Assembly: GCF_004010195.1 (NCBI RefSeq)
Contig: NC_057759.1
Coordinates: 7,715,910-7,779,909 of the forward strand
Direction of reading: 5' to 3'
DNA length: 64,000 nt
DNA from: Chiloscyllium plagiosum
Lineage: Eukaryota
Shown here: positions 24,906-38,255 of the stretch, in pieces
How positions within the stretch are numbered: the first letter of the stretch is position 1
Layout: each line of letters starts with the position of its first letter
Notes under the pieces: model-generated
The model's database searches: none
What the model saw: only the letters and a program-made list of their open reading frames with translations
What the model was told of the DNA's origin: nothing
Made by a program: the position numbers and the translations under genes

Positions 24906-25747
24906 CAATTCCTTTCTACTCCTAATTTCTGTCTTTCTTTGGGTATTTTGAAATATGTTTTGAATCTGTGGCACCTTGTTCCTCTTTCTATTGCGAGAGG
25001 GTGCACATAGGTCGTATTTCCTCTATCCAGCCCTTTTGTGATTTTGAAAACCTCTGTCAGGTATTTTCTGAGCCTTCTTGGTTCCAAGTGGAATAGCTCC
25101 AAATTCTTCAATCTAACCATAAAACTGAGGTTTCCCATCTCCTGAAGCACTCTTTTGCACTTTTGCAAATGTTTCAAATCCATCATTTAATATGGCATTC
25201 ACAACTGTACACAATGTTACAACAGAAGTTTCACAATTGCCTGAATCAAGTTCGACATCTTTGTTCTTTTGCACGGTACCCCTATTTGTAACTCTGATGC
25301 CACTGTTTGCATTATGCATTCCTCTCTGTAACTATCCTGCCATCTTCAGTGACCTGCACGCTTATTCAATCATGTCCCTGTACACTTTTACACACCTGGA
25401 AATTGTATCCTCTATGTTATTGGATTTTTCACTTATCTTGTGACCAAATGGATCACCACACACTTTTCTTCCTTGAAATATACCCACTGCTTATCAGGTA
25501 AATCCACTAATTTGCCGATGTCCTTCAAGGATTCTAAACTCTTCTACTCACAATGTACGTTTTGTCTCCCCCAGGTATTGTGCCATTGAAAACGTTTAAA
25601 AATTCAGGCTTCTGAGCAAAATCAAAATCCTTAACACGTGTCTGGAATGATCAAGATCCTGACACTTACCACAGGATATTCTGCACTCTTATGAAAGTAA
25701 TCAAATGTATCAATCAATATGGCGCTCACATCTGTACAAAATCCTTC

Positions 25748-26930
25748 TGTCACAATGCTAGTCTTTTTAATAGAAAAAGCTGTTCCTTGTCTCAAGGATA
25801 CTCTATTCTTTTTTTTTAAATTAAGGTAATAATCCAGGCTGGGCTCCGATCAGTCTGCTTTGGTACATAGATGAAAAGGATTTTGAAAGGCCTTTTATTT
25901 ATATGTAAACAGGTCGGAGTTCAGGCCAAAGTGGTCATATTTTAGACGCAACTTTTATATTGAAAGGGAAGAGATCAGCTCTCTAGCTGTGCAATTTATT
26001 ACACCCTGAACTGGTGAGAGGTTCATCAATGAGCTCTGTGGAAACTCTCTTCTCTCTCTCTTTCTGTCATTCAACTTCAACTTGTAAGCACGTATTGCAT
26101 TTACACTGTTTTTTTTTAAATGAAGTTTGTTTATTGGGACTATTGTGTATATCCGAAACAGCATACTAAGTCGAGTTTGGATAGACTGAAATGTGTAGTA
26201 GTTCTTTATTCTGTTATTTGTGTTTCGTTGTGTAATTTTGTGAATAAATTTCTACCTGTTTTAAATTCTAGTAGTCACCCTAGACAACTTATTCCGAGGA
26301 ATTTTCACTGCACACTTAACGACACAAATTGCAAAGTTGTGGTCTGGGCTGGCTGCTTGGGAATGTTTTGAGTGGTCTGGCCTACTCCTTAACAGACTGG
26401 GGGCTCTTTGCGGGATTTTTAACAGCAAGTGATCGTTGCCAGTGTCTTCAGTTAGGGTGTTGGTTTGGTTAGGGAGACAATGTTTGGGATAGTATTGAAC
26501 TTTTCAGTCGCCAAAAGTTTTCTGGATGTGGATGCGGTAATTTTGGAAGGTTTACAAGAGGTGAATAAGACCAAGCTGCAGGAATTAGCATGGAAGAGGA
26601 ATTAGAACTGCCTGCTTCTTTGAGGAATGGAGAGGGCTACTACAGTAGCTCAGCATTTAAACTTGCTGGAGAAAGGATCAGAATCTATGGAGATGGCAAC
26701 AACACAATTACAAATGAAGAAGCTTGAGTTAGAGGTGAGAGGTAAGAAAAGGGCAGCAGAAATTAAACAGTTTGAGTTACGATTAGAAGCAAAAGAGAGA
26801 GGAGAAGAGAGCGAATCAGAACAAAGAGAAAACGAAAGAGCAGCAGAAGAGAGGGGAAAAAGAGAGAGAAATTGAAGAGGGGGAAAAGAGAGCAAAGAAA
26901 GAAAAAGTGAGAACTTTTGAATTTCAAACA
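25748..26930 (+). mobile_element. Duplicated 5' LTR + PBS + truncated gag of Gmr1-like element
   Basis: LTR TGTCACA(25748)...TAACA(26394), AATAAA at ~26243, PBS TGGGGGCTCTTTGCGGGAT from 26398; gag start mutated to TTG and cut off at 26930. Confidence 0.88.
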
Positions 26931-28930
26931 TTGTTTTGGAAGTTCCAGTATGAAATGTCGTTTATGTTTCGAAATCTTATGAAATTAGACATTTGTTCAA
27001 AAGAAGTAAAATATTAAAAAAAAACATATTCTGGGCAATATTTTCCAAGTTTTAATTTCTAAGTGATACTGAGCATATGGTATCTGGAGAATCTCCAGGT
27101 TAATCATAAAACAATCACCTTTTGCTTTTCTTTGGGATGATTAGGTTCACAGGTGAAATTTCGATTTCTCAGCATTACTACACATAGCCCAAGCAACAAC
27201 CAAAAATTGCAATTCTCATGTGATGTTGATCTCTAGGCAAAATGTTTGATTTCAGTTTGCTGCCGAAGTTGAAGAGCACACTAAACAAAACTGGGGGGAG
27301 GGGGGGGGGGTGGGGGGGGGAAACCCATGTGACCTTGCTTGAACTCGAGTTGTTCACTTCTTCCTGCAGTTCTTATGCCTGGCCTCTGCAATCCCTCGTA
27401 CCCTCGTTTCTTAAATGTTGTTAAATGTGTACTCTTTACGCTCTTAAATGTCTTATGTGAAACCCCTTTCCAGTGCTTTCTGCGCGCTAACTACTCACTG
27501 AAGAAATAACGTTCGATGTTAATCCTTTTTTAGGCTGATTGCAACTAATGCAAATTGACACTTCTTCATCTGGATCGTGCTGAGCTTTTGTCATTTTCTG
27601 CAAGAAGGCACTGGAGACTTATTCATTCAATGTTTCAGGTAACTAAACATAGCTTATGGGGATGAAGGTACAAAAGGGTGCGGGATAAAGGCAGAAGCTG
27701 TACTGAGAGGTGCATGTTGAACAAGGGAAGAGCAGACTCTAAGTGCATAATGGCCTTCATTCACAGGATGAATGCGTCGCTGGCTAGTCGAGCGTTTATT
27801 GATCATCCCTAATTATCTAGATGCCAGTTAAGGGTTAATTATATTTCTAATTGTGTGGAGTCGCATGGAGGCAGACGTGGTAAATATAGATGTTTCCTTG
27901 CCAAAAGGACATTAGTGAACCAGATGCATTCAATTCTGGACAACCGACAACACATTCACGGCCATTATGAGAGTCTTAATTGCAGACTTTTACGGAACTG
28001 AATTTGCACTAAGGGCAATTTTTGGAGTGAAATCCGGGTCCCTGGAACATTACCAGATTCTCTGAATTGACAGTCCATCGACAATGCCACTGGGATACCA
28101 TCATTCCTTTCTGCTCATAGTTTCTGTGTTTGTTTGTTTAATTTATAAATTGTTTTGAATCTATGGCACCTTGTTCCTCTTTCTAATGCGAGAGGGTGCC
28201 TATTGTTCTTATATATCCAGCCCTTTTGTGATTTTGAAAGTCTGTCAGGTATTTTTTGAGCATTCTTGGCTCCAGGTGGAATAACCCCAAATTCTTCAAT
28301 CTAACCGTAAAACCGAAGTTTCTCATTTCCCGAAGCATTCTTGTGAACCTCTTTTCCACTCTTGCAAATGTTTCAAATCCATCATTTAAGATGGCACTCA
28401 CAAGTGTACACAATGCTACAATAGAAGTTTCGAAATTGCCTGAATCACGTTCAACATCACCTCTATGCTCTTTTATGCATTACCCTTACTTGTAACTCCG
28501 ATTCCATTGTTTGCATGATGGAATGCTCCCTGCCAATTTCAGTGACCTGCACACATATGCAACCATGTTCCTATACTCTTACACACCTGGAAATTGTATC
28601 GTTTATGTTATTGGATCTTTCACTTATTTTCTGACCAAATGGATCACCACAAACTTTTCTTCATTGAAATACATCTACTACCTATCAGCTAAATCCACCA
28701 ATGTGCCAATGTCCTTCAAGGGTTCTAAACTTTTCTACTCACAATGTGTATATTTTCCAAAGTTTTGTGTCATTGAAAACGTTTACAAATTCAGGCTTCT
28801 AATCACAATCTAAATCCTTAACATTTGTCAGGAAGGACCAAGCTCCTGATACATACCTCAGGATATTCTGCACTACTATGAATATATTCAAATTTATCAA
28901 TATGGCGCTCACCTCTTTACAAAATGCTTC

Positions 28931-31900
28931 TGTCACAAAGCTAGTGTTTTTTTTTAAAGGATATTCTGTCCTTGTTCTTTTTTTCAGAAGTGTAATAATA
29001 CAGGCTTGGCTCCAATCAGTCTGGTTTGGTACATAGATAAAAAGGATTTTGAGAGGTATTTTGTTTGCATATAAACAGATGGGATTTCAGGCCAAAGTGG
29101 CCACGTTTTAGACGTGACTGGTGTAATGAAAGGGGAGTGATCAGCTCTCTAGCTGAGCAATTTAGTACATCCTGAACTGGTCCATCAATGAGCTGTATCG
29201 AAACTCTCTCTCTCTCTCTTTCTGACCTTCAATTTCAACATGTAAGCATGTGTTACAACTATACTGGTTTTTAAAGGAAGTTTTCTTATTGGGACTATTG
29301 TGTAGATTTGGAACAGCATACTTAAGTCTAGTTTGGATAGACTGAAATCTGTTGGGGTTCTTTTTACTGTGTTATTTGTGTTTCATTGTGTACATTGCTG
29401 AATTAATTTCTATCTGTTTTAAATGCTACTAATCACTCAAGGTTACTTATTCCAGGTAATTTTCAGAGTTATGTTCTGTGCTGGCTGCTTAAGAATGTTT
29501 TGAGTTATCTGGCCTACTTCATAACAGACTGGGGGCGCTTTCCGGGATTTTAAGCAGCGAGTGGTCGCTGCTAGTGTCTTTATTTTGGTTGCTGGTTTGG
29601 TTGAGAAGACAAAGTTTGGGATAGTAATGGTCGCTTCAGTCGCTAAAAGTTTTCTGAATGTGGATGCGGTGACTTTGGAAGGTTTACAAAAGGTAAATAA
29701 GACCAAGCTGCAGGAATTAGCAGAGAAGCTGGAATTGGAATTTCCTGCTTCTTTGAGGAAAGGAGAGATAAGTATTACAGTAGCTCAGCATTTAAACTTG
29801 CTGGAGAAAGCATCAGAATCTATGGAGATGGCAAGAGCATGATTGCAAAAGAAGAAGCTTGAGTTAGAGGCGAGAGATAAGAAAAGGGCAGCAGAAATTA
29901 AACAGTTTGAGTTCCGATTAAAATCAGAAGAGAGGGAAAAAGAGAGAGCATGAGAACAAAGAGAAAAAGAGAGCAGCAGAAGAGAGGGGGAAAAGAGAGC
30001 AGAGGGGGAAAAGGTGAGATCTTTTGAATTTCAAAAACAGATACTTATAAAGAAAAGTCAGCTTAAAAGGCTGGAGCTAAACGATGAAGATAACCTTAGT
30101 GAGGAAGTATTGAGAACTCATGTGGAAGAACAAAGAATTAAAGCACATGGTTAGCAGCTGAAGTGGCTGATGATTATGAGCTGCTTCACAGAACAGGGTT
30201 TGGCTTTCAGAATCATTTTCAGTCCATGAGGAATAGAAACCGGAGCAAAGAGAACTCCTCACGTGGATAGGTGAAGGGATATCTCAATGAAGATCATAAG
30301 GATAACTTACAACAGGGTGAAAAAGAAATCCTTGAGTGGGACAAAAAAGTTTTAAAAGTTCCAGTGTTTTCATTGTAATAAAGTGGGCCACACAAAATCA
30401 CAGTGTTGGAGAGTTAGGAAAAAGCCAGATGTCAGAGTACCAGACAAGCCTGAATTTTTGTTGGAGTAGGAACAAACAGCAGAAAGGAAGGTCGGCAACT
30501 GCCTCAGAGTGTACAAGACGATCAGAAGTTGACTGAGGAGGAAGTGCCGGATCTTCTTAAAACAATATGCATGCAAGGGTAAAGTGTATTCACAGAGGCC
30601 AGGAGTAGTAGGGAAGGAATATTAAGGGACACAGGATCGTTTCAGTTTGTAATGCTGAAGAATGAGGAGTTATGCACTTCCGAGGGACTGTTGCAAGAAA
30701 ACAATTGGTAACAGGAATTCATGGTGAGACTAAAAGTGCTCAATTCTGTAAAGTGAGGCGGGAGAGTCCAGAGGAGAGTGAAACATTTTCGTTAGGATTT
30801 CTGGTCAAACTGTTAGCTCCAGGAATACACTTTGGCCTTGCATATGATATAGCTAATTCACTGGTAGGCGTGTTGCCTTCTCTGGTTGAAAAGCCAGTGC
30901 AGACACAGGCAACTGAAGAAATGGAGAATGTTTATCCAGGAATATTCCCTGATTGGGTGATCACAAGATCACAGAATCATAAGCTGAAAGAGGAGCGATC
31001 AAAAGGCACAAATAAAGAAGCTGATATAGTTTTATCAGAAACTCTCTTCCATCAGATACGTGGAACGGAGAAGGAGCAAATAGGTAAACATGCAAGCATG
31101 TTTACATTTTGGAAGCTGGTTGAATTACAGCAGAAAGATGAGATGTTAAAACAGTTAAATCAAAAGACATAAACAGATTACGTGTTCCTGTGTTTATTAC
31201 TTAACGAATGATGTCTTAATGTGGAAATGGAGACCATCACGCGCATTCAAGCAGATGAGAATAAGGAAAATGATTCATCAAATTGTTTTGTCAGTGGGGT
31301 ACAGAAAGGACGTGCATAAATTGGCGCAGAAGATACAACTTGGAGATCATTTCGTGGTGAGTAAAACACAGTTTAAATACAAATGCATTTTCACGGGCCT
31401 GTACGACACAAAGATGTAGTTGAATTTTGCCAGATGTGTCATACATGTCAGCTAATCAGATAACCTCAGCTACAACTTTAATATCTATTCCACCAATTGA
31501 GGAATCTTTCAGAGTCTTGATTGATTGCGTAGGTCCCCTACCTCAAATAAAAAGGGGGAATAAATATTTATTAACAATAATTGATTTAACGACTAGATTT
31601 CCAGAGACATTCCTATTATGCAACATCACAGCTAAAGGGGTTGTACAAAAATTACTTATTTTTCATTAACAGATACGGATTGCGAATAGAGATCCAGTCA
31701 GATCAAGCATCAAACTTCACATCAAAACTATTTAAGGAGGTTATGGGTAAATTGCAAAAAAAGCAATTCAGATCTTCTGCGTACTATCCAGGATCACAGG
31801 GAGTGCTAGAGAGATGGAATCAAATGTTAAAGACCATGTTGAGGGCTTATGGTCAGGATTAACCAGACGATTGGAAGAAGGGAATTCCGTTCGCACTTTT

Positions 31901-34627
31901 TGCAATCATATATACACTGAATGAATCGACCAAATTCAGTCCATTTGAATTAATTTTGGGGCATGAAGCAAGAGGGCTGTTAAAATTGATTAAGGAGAAA
32001 TTAATAAGTCAGAATTCAGATTCCACCCATTTGGACTATATGTCGAATTTTATAGAATGATTAAATAGAGTTGGAGAGTGGGCGAGACAACTTTTAAAAA
32101 TATCACAAACAAAAGGATAATAAATCACAAATTCGCAATTTTACAATTCGGGATAAGGAATTGATGTTAATTCCCAGAACAGGTGAGCCTTTAAAAGCAA
32201 GGTTTAGTAGGCCATATTAAATTGAGAGAAAAAAATGAGTGAGGTGAACTACTTGATAAGGACACCAGACAGGAATAAATCTCGCAGTATGAACATGCTC
32301 AAAAGGTATTATGATAGGGAAGGAAAGCCAGAGGAAAAGGTGTTAATGATGTCGGCACACTGTGAAGAACCAAGTTGAGAGGATGCTGGGTTGGACAATC
32401 CTCAAATTAAATTGGACAAGGAGGAAGTTGTCAATAATTGGGTTACATTACTGAGTTACCTTCCACAAGAAAATCGAAATGACCTGAAAGAGCTATTACG
32501 ATCACATGGGGAGATATGCGAAAATAAAATGAAAAGTACTAATCTAGTTGTGCATGATGTAGATATTGGATATATTGTTTCGATTAAGCAGGATCTTTGT
32601 AGGCATAACCATCTGAAGTTGGTACAGGTACAGAAGGAGATAAAGAGCATGCTCTAAGATGGCATAATGTAGTTACAGCGACAGGAGCTCAGCAGTAATC
32701 ATGTTGCCAAAGCCAGGTGGTACCCAATGGTTATGTGTGGACTATCGCAGAGTTAACGCCATTACAAAGACTGATGAAGATCCAATTCCACAATTGGAGG
32801 ACTGTGGGGCAAAATGAAAAAGTGGGACAAGCAACTTACATTTCTAAGCTGGACTTGCTCAGAGGTTACTGAAAATTATCTCTGTCAGAGAGAGCAAAGG
32901 CAATTTCGACTTTCGTTACACAAATGGACTATACCAGTTAAAAATCATGCCATTTGGTATGAAAAATGCTCCAGCCACATTTCACCGACTGACTAATAAG
33001 GTAATTGCCAAATACCTTCACTGTGTGGTGTATACTGATGACCTGGTGATTTTAGTCACTTACGGAAGGAACACTTACACCATTTATCAGACTTGTTCGA
33101 TTGATTTTTGGAAGGCAAGCCTGGTGGAAAACATAGCTAGTAATGAACTTGCCAAATCCCAAGTCACCTTCCTGGGCCATGTTATTGGACATGGACAAAT
33201 GGCCCCACATGATGCAAAAGAAAAAGTGATTGGGGAATTTCCAACAACGTCAACAAAAAAAAGCAGTACTATGGTTCCTGGCGTTCAGTGGATTTTACCA
33301 AAAGTTTGTACTGAACCCTAGCAGTGTGGCTGCTCCACTCACTGAACTGATTTAAAAAAGGGGAAGAAGTTTCAGTCGACAGCAGACTGTCAAAATGCAT
33401 TTGACAACCTAAAAACTGTGTTAACCAGTGCTCACGTTTTAGCCATACCGGATTACATAAAGTCTTTCAATGTGGCTATCGATGCCATTGATGTGGGTGT
33501 CACTGTGGTGCTCCTGCAGGAGAAAGATGACGGAATAGAAAGACACATCTGGTATCTTTCGAGGAAGTTGAACGTTTATCAACAGAAATATTCAACGGTG
33601 AAGGAAGAGACTTTAAGCTTGGTGTTCGCATTACAACACTTCAGTGTTTATTTTGCCCACACAGCATCTGAGACAATCACATACACTGATCATGACCTAT
33701 TGAAATTTGTGGAAAAAATTAAGGACACAAATGCTAGACTGTTTACATGGAGCTTGTTGTCAATTCAATTTGAAAATTTTGCATGTGGCAGGTTACAAAA
33801 ATATGATTGCCAAAGCATTATTGAGACTCGATTTGGTGGTGAGTGCACCACGGTCTGAATTTGCACATTGTTGTGCAGGGTTGCATGTCTATCGTTAGTA
33901 TATTGGATAGGTGTGTTTAGACTTCGAAACGGGTTTTGAAGAGGGAAAAATACAGCCATCTTTTGGTATGGGTGATTCATATTTTTACGGGGACAGGTTA
34001 CACCAAGCCAGTCCTAAAAGATGTTCCTTGGCTCAAGGATGTTCTATGCTTGATTTTTTTTCAGAGGGGTAATAATCCAGGCCGGGCTCCGATCAGTCTG
34101 GTCCGGTACAGAGATGTAATGGATTTTGAGAGGCTTTTTGTTTAGCTGTAAACAGATGAGACTTCAATCCAAAGTAGCCATTTTTACACGTGACCTGTAT
34201 AATGAAAGGGGAACAGTCAGCTCTCCAGCTGAGCAGTTTAGTCCAGTCCTGAACTGGTGTGGTGTTGAATAGTGAGTTGTGTGGAAACTCTCACGCTCTC
34301 TTTCTGCCCTTCAAATTCAACCTGTCAACATGTGTTCCTTTCATACTGGTTATTAAATGGAGTTTGCTTATTGGGACTATTGTGTACATACGGAACAGCA
34401 TACTTGAGTCTAATTTGGGTAAACTAAGTTCTGTATTGACTCTTTGTTCTGTTCTTTGTGTTTCGTTGTGTAATTTTGTGAACAAATTTTCTGAGTGAGT
34501 TATAATCGAGTAGTCAACCTAGCTAGCCTACTCCGGCTAATTTTCACTGCACACTCATCGAAGCAAATTGCAAAGTCTGGTGTGCCTGCTAAAGAATTTT
34601 TTGAGTGGTCTGGCCTCACCCATCACA
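28931..34627 (+). mobile_element. Decayed Gmr1-like Ty3/Gypsy LTR retrotransposon (gag-PR-IN-RT-RH)
   Basis: 5' LTR 28931-29526; tRNA-Pro-like PBS at 29530; gag ATG at 29627; CCHC knuckle CFHCNKVGHTKSQC 30365-30406; protease ILRDTGS at 30619; integrase IDCVGPLP...QSDQASNF...ERWNQMLK at ~31300-31860; RT CVDYRRVN / MPFGMKNAPATF / YTDD at ~32700-33320; RNase H IDAIDVG...YSTVKEE...YTDH at 33418-33830; 3' LTR ~33996-34627. Many stops and frameshifts. Confidence 0.93.
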
Positions 34628-34639
34628 CTACAACAGAAG

Positions 34640-37467
34640 TTTCACTGGACACTAGGAAAGCGATAATGGTAAGAGATTCTATGGTCAGAGGAACAGACAG
34701 GATAGTTTGTGGTCGAGAACGGGACTTGCGGATGATGTGTTGGCTCCCAGGTGCCCAGATCAGGGATGCCTTCAATCGAGTTTACATGATTTTTAAGGCG
34801 GAGGGAGAGCAGCCAGAGTTCGTGGTACGCTTTGGTACCAATGGCAAAGCTCGGAAAAGGTTTGAGCACCTGAGAAGTGAATATAGGGAGGTAGTTTGGA
34901 AGCTAAAATAGAGGACAAACAAAATGGTAACACCAGGATTGCTACCAGTGGAACGGTTAGTGAGGTTAGGAAAAGGGAGAGAGTGCAGGTGAACATGTGG
35001 CTGCAGAGATTATGTCAGAGCGAGGGTTTCAGATTTATGGATCATTGGGATACCTTCTAAGGAAGGTCGGAACTGTTACAAGAAGAGACGTTGCATCTGT
35101 TCTGGAGGGGCACCAACCTCGGGGGCAGGAGGTTTGCAAGAAGTCTACGGGAGGTGTGGGTAGCTCACACTAAAGTGGTCGCGGGATGGGAGCAGGAGGT
35201 ACGAATCTAAGGATGGAGTAGCGATTGTGAAGTCAGATACAGCATGTACAGTGTCTGCGAGGAGCGATAGTCAGTGTATAGGACAAATTGGCAGTCAGTG
35301 TGATGGGTTGAAGGGTGTCTATTTTCAGGAATAAGGGTGATGAAATTAAAGAATTGTCAGCATTTGAAAATATGATCTTGTGGTCATTACGGATACATGG
35401 ATATCACAAGGGTAGGATTGGTTTGTGGCTGGGTTTAGGTGTTTGTAATGTTATGGGATGGGGTGAGATAATGGAGGTGGGGGAGTGGCATTGATAATCA
35501 GGCACAGTATCAGGATAGTATCACAGCTGCAGAAAGGGACGTCATCGAGGAGGGTTTGTCCACAGAATCAGTATGGACGGAAGTCAGAAACAGGAAAGCA
35601 CTTTATTGGGATTTCTTGCAGACCTCCCCAGTAGCAACAGAGACACGGAGGAGCAGACTGGTGTCAGATTTTCGAAATGTGTCGAAGTAACAAGGTTTTG
35701 GTCGTTGGTCAATTTATCTTCCGTAATATTGAATGGAACCACCTTGGTTCAAATAGTTTCGATGAAGCAGTTTTTGCCAGGTGTGCCCAGGACTGGTTCC
35801 TGAGTCAATATGTAGATAGGCCGACGAGAAGGGACGCCATCTTGGATTTGATGCTGACAATGAACCAGGCCAGATGTCAGAACTCTTGGTGGGAGTGATT
35901 ACAACACCCTGAACGTTACTATAGTCAAAGAGAGGGATATGACCAGGCGGTATGGGAAAGTATGTAATCATTGAAGGGGAACTACAATACTATAAGGTCG
36001 TGCATAAATTGGGAACAGATATTCTCAGGAAAATGCAAAACGGAAATGTGGAGGCGTTTTAGTAAAAACTCTCTGATAGAGCTGGATATGTTTATCCCAC
36101 CGAGGCAAGGACGGGATAGTAGGGCAAAGGAACCTTGAGTGACAAGGGACATAGAATATCTTGTCAAGTGGAAGAAGGAAACTTACTTCAGGCTGAGGAG
36201 ACGAGGATCAAACAGGGTTCCAGAGTGTTACTGTGTGCACGGAACACAGAAAACCAGCCAATAGGTCCAGAAGGCAACCTGCAATGCTCATGCAGTGTTG
36301 ACGCTTATGCCAAAGGTGCTGGAGTTTGTTTGTGTTTGGGGAAAGTCTCAGTAAAATTGTGTAAGATCCTAATAAGAATACCAGGGGGAACGAGTCATTT
36401 GAATACAGAACTGGCTCCAAGGTAGTGGTGGAGGGTCGTTTTACAGACTGGAGGACTGTGTCCAGTGGAGTGCAACAAGGAACTGCATTTGGTCCACTAC
36501 TTTTCCTCATTTACGTAAATGCTTTGGATGTGAACATCGGAGGTATGGTGCGTGTGTTTGCAGATGACACCAAAATTTGTGATGTAGTGGACAGCAAAGA
36601 ACGTTACCTCAGATTGCAAGGGAATCTTGATCCGTTGGGTCAATGGGCTGAGGAGTGGCAGACGGAGTTTAAATTAGATAACTGAGAGCTGTTGGATTTT
36701 GGGAAAACAAATCTTAGCAGGACTTATACACTTGAAGGTAAGGTCCTAGGGAACGTTATTGAATAAGGAGATCTTGGAGTGCAGGTTCATATCTCCTTAA
36801 AAGTCGAGTTGCAGGTGGACAGAATAGTGAAGAAGGCATTTGGGATGCTTTCCTTTGTTGGTCAGGTCAGTGAGTATAGGAGTTGGGAAGTCGTGTTGCG
36901 GCTGTAAGGGACGTTGGTTATGCCACTTCTGGAAGATTTCTTGAGTCCTGGTGTCAGGATGTTGTGAAACCTGAAAGAGTTCAGAAAAGATTTGCAAGGA
37001 TGTTGCCAGTTTTGAAGGATTTGTGCTCGAGGGAGACGTTGAATAATCTTGGCGTGTATTCCCTCAAGCGTCGGAGGCCAAGGGCTGACCATATAGAGAT
37101 TTATAAATCCTTGAAGGGCATGGATAGGATAAATACAAAAGGCCTTTTCCTTGTGGTAAGAGAGTCCAGAACTAGAGGGCATAGGTTTAGATTGATAGGG
37201 GAAAGATGTAAAAGGAACCTAAGGGACAACCTTTTCATGCAGAGGGTTGTGCATGAATAGAATGAGCTACCGGAGGAAGTGGTGGATGCTGGCACAATTG
37301 CAACATTTAAAAGGCATCTGGATGGCCACATGAATAAGAAGGGTTTGATGGGATTATGTACTGGGTGCTGGCAAGTAGGACTACAATCGGTTGGGATATC
37401 TCGTTGGCATGAACAAGTTGGCCCAAAGGGTGTGTTTCCATGATGTGCATCATGTGACTCTATGACT
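34640..37467 (+). mobile_element. CR1 LINE, long decayed copy with internal deletions
   Basis: ORF1 esterase (AIMVRDSMVRGTD...WLPGA...GTN), APE remnants 35300-35900 (SQYVDRPTRRDAILDL), RT SGVQQGTAFGPLLFLIY...FADDTK, tail gactctatgact. Confidence 0.9.
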
Positions 37468-37964
37468 TAGAGCACATCGGAGAACTGTAAGTAGATTAAT
37501 AAATTCATCGAATGCAGAGACATCTCAGTAAGTTGATCCTGGTGTGGAGGGATTACATCACGAACAAATGCTAATCGGGTTGGGAATGCACTCATGTATG
37601 TCTAACAAATGACAGGTAATTTCATCAAAATATATAGATTTCTTCGATGAATGAGAATGTAAATTCTGAGAATGTTTCTCCTGGTGTGTGAGTTTAGGAC
37701 CGAGGAGCATGTGCTTTGAAGAAGGGTTGCCAAATTAAGACTAAAATAAGCAGGAAGTTCTTCATTTCAGAGCGTTCTTCATCTGTGAAAATCGTTGCCA
37801 CAGATAGTCGTGACAGGACACTATTTGTATGGATTAAAAGGAGAGATAAATGCATTTTTGATCAGCTGGGGTAACAATGGTGATAAACAGCAGCAGTAAG
37901 GTGGAGGTGATGAATGTTGAGTCATCCATGATGCCATGAAATGGTGGTGTGGGCTCTAGGGCCT

Positions 37965-38255
37965 GGAAACAGGCCATTTGGCCCAACAAGTACACACTGC
38001 CCCTCTGAAGATTAACCCACTCAGACCCATTCCCGTACCATATATTTACCTCTGACCATTGCACTGAACACTATAAGCAATTTAGCATAGCCAATTCACC
38101 TGACTTGCACATCTTCGGATTGGGGGAGGACAGACACGCAGACACGGGGACAGTGTGCAAACACCACACTGAAGTAATCGAAGAAGGAAGTAATCCCATC
38201 AGGGTCCCTGACGCTGTGAGGCAGCAGTGCTAACCAATGAGCAACCTTGCCGCCC
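37965..38255 (-). mobile_element. V-SINE (HE1-like)
   Basis: A/B boxes and V-domain in reverse; absent from paralog A. Confidence 0.85.

Larger units (their letters stand above)
20500..25690. repeat. Old segmental duplication, copy A (paralog of ~37930-42870)
   Basis: Colinear diverged matches, e.g. 20575-21135 vs 38275-38855, 22160-22500 vs 39158-39475, 22700-23760 vs 39730-40770, 23780-25690 vs 40778-42870. Confidence 0.85.
23779..30035. repeat. ~3.16-kb tandem duplication (23779-26930 and 26942-30035)
   Basis: Both units start gttccagt(t/a)tgaaatgtc and end ttttgaatttcaaa. Each carries a DeuSINE, a CR1 remnant, an LTR, a PBS and the gag 5' end. Confidence 0.92.
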
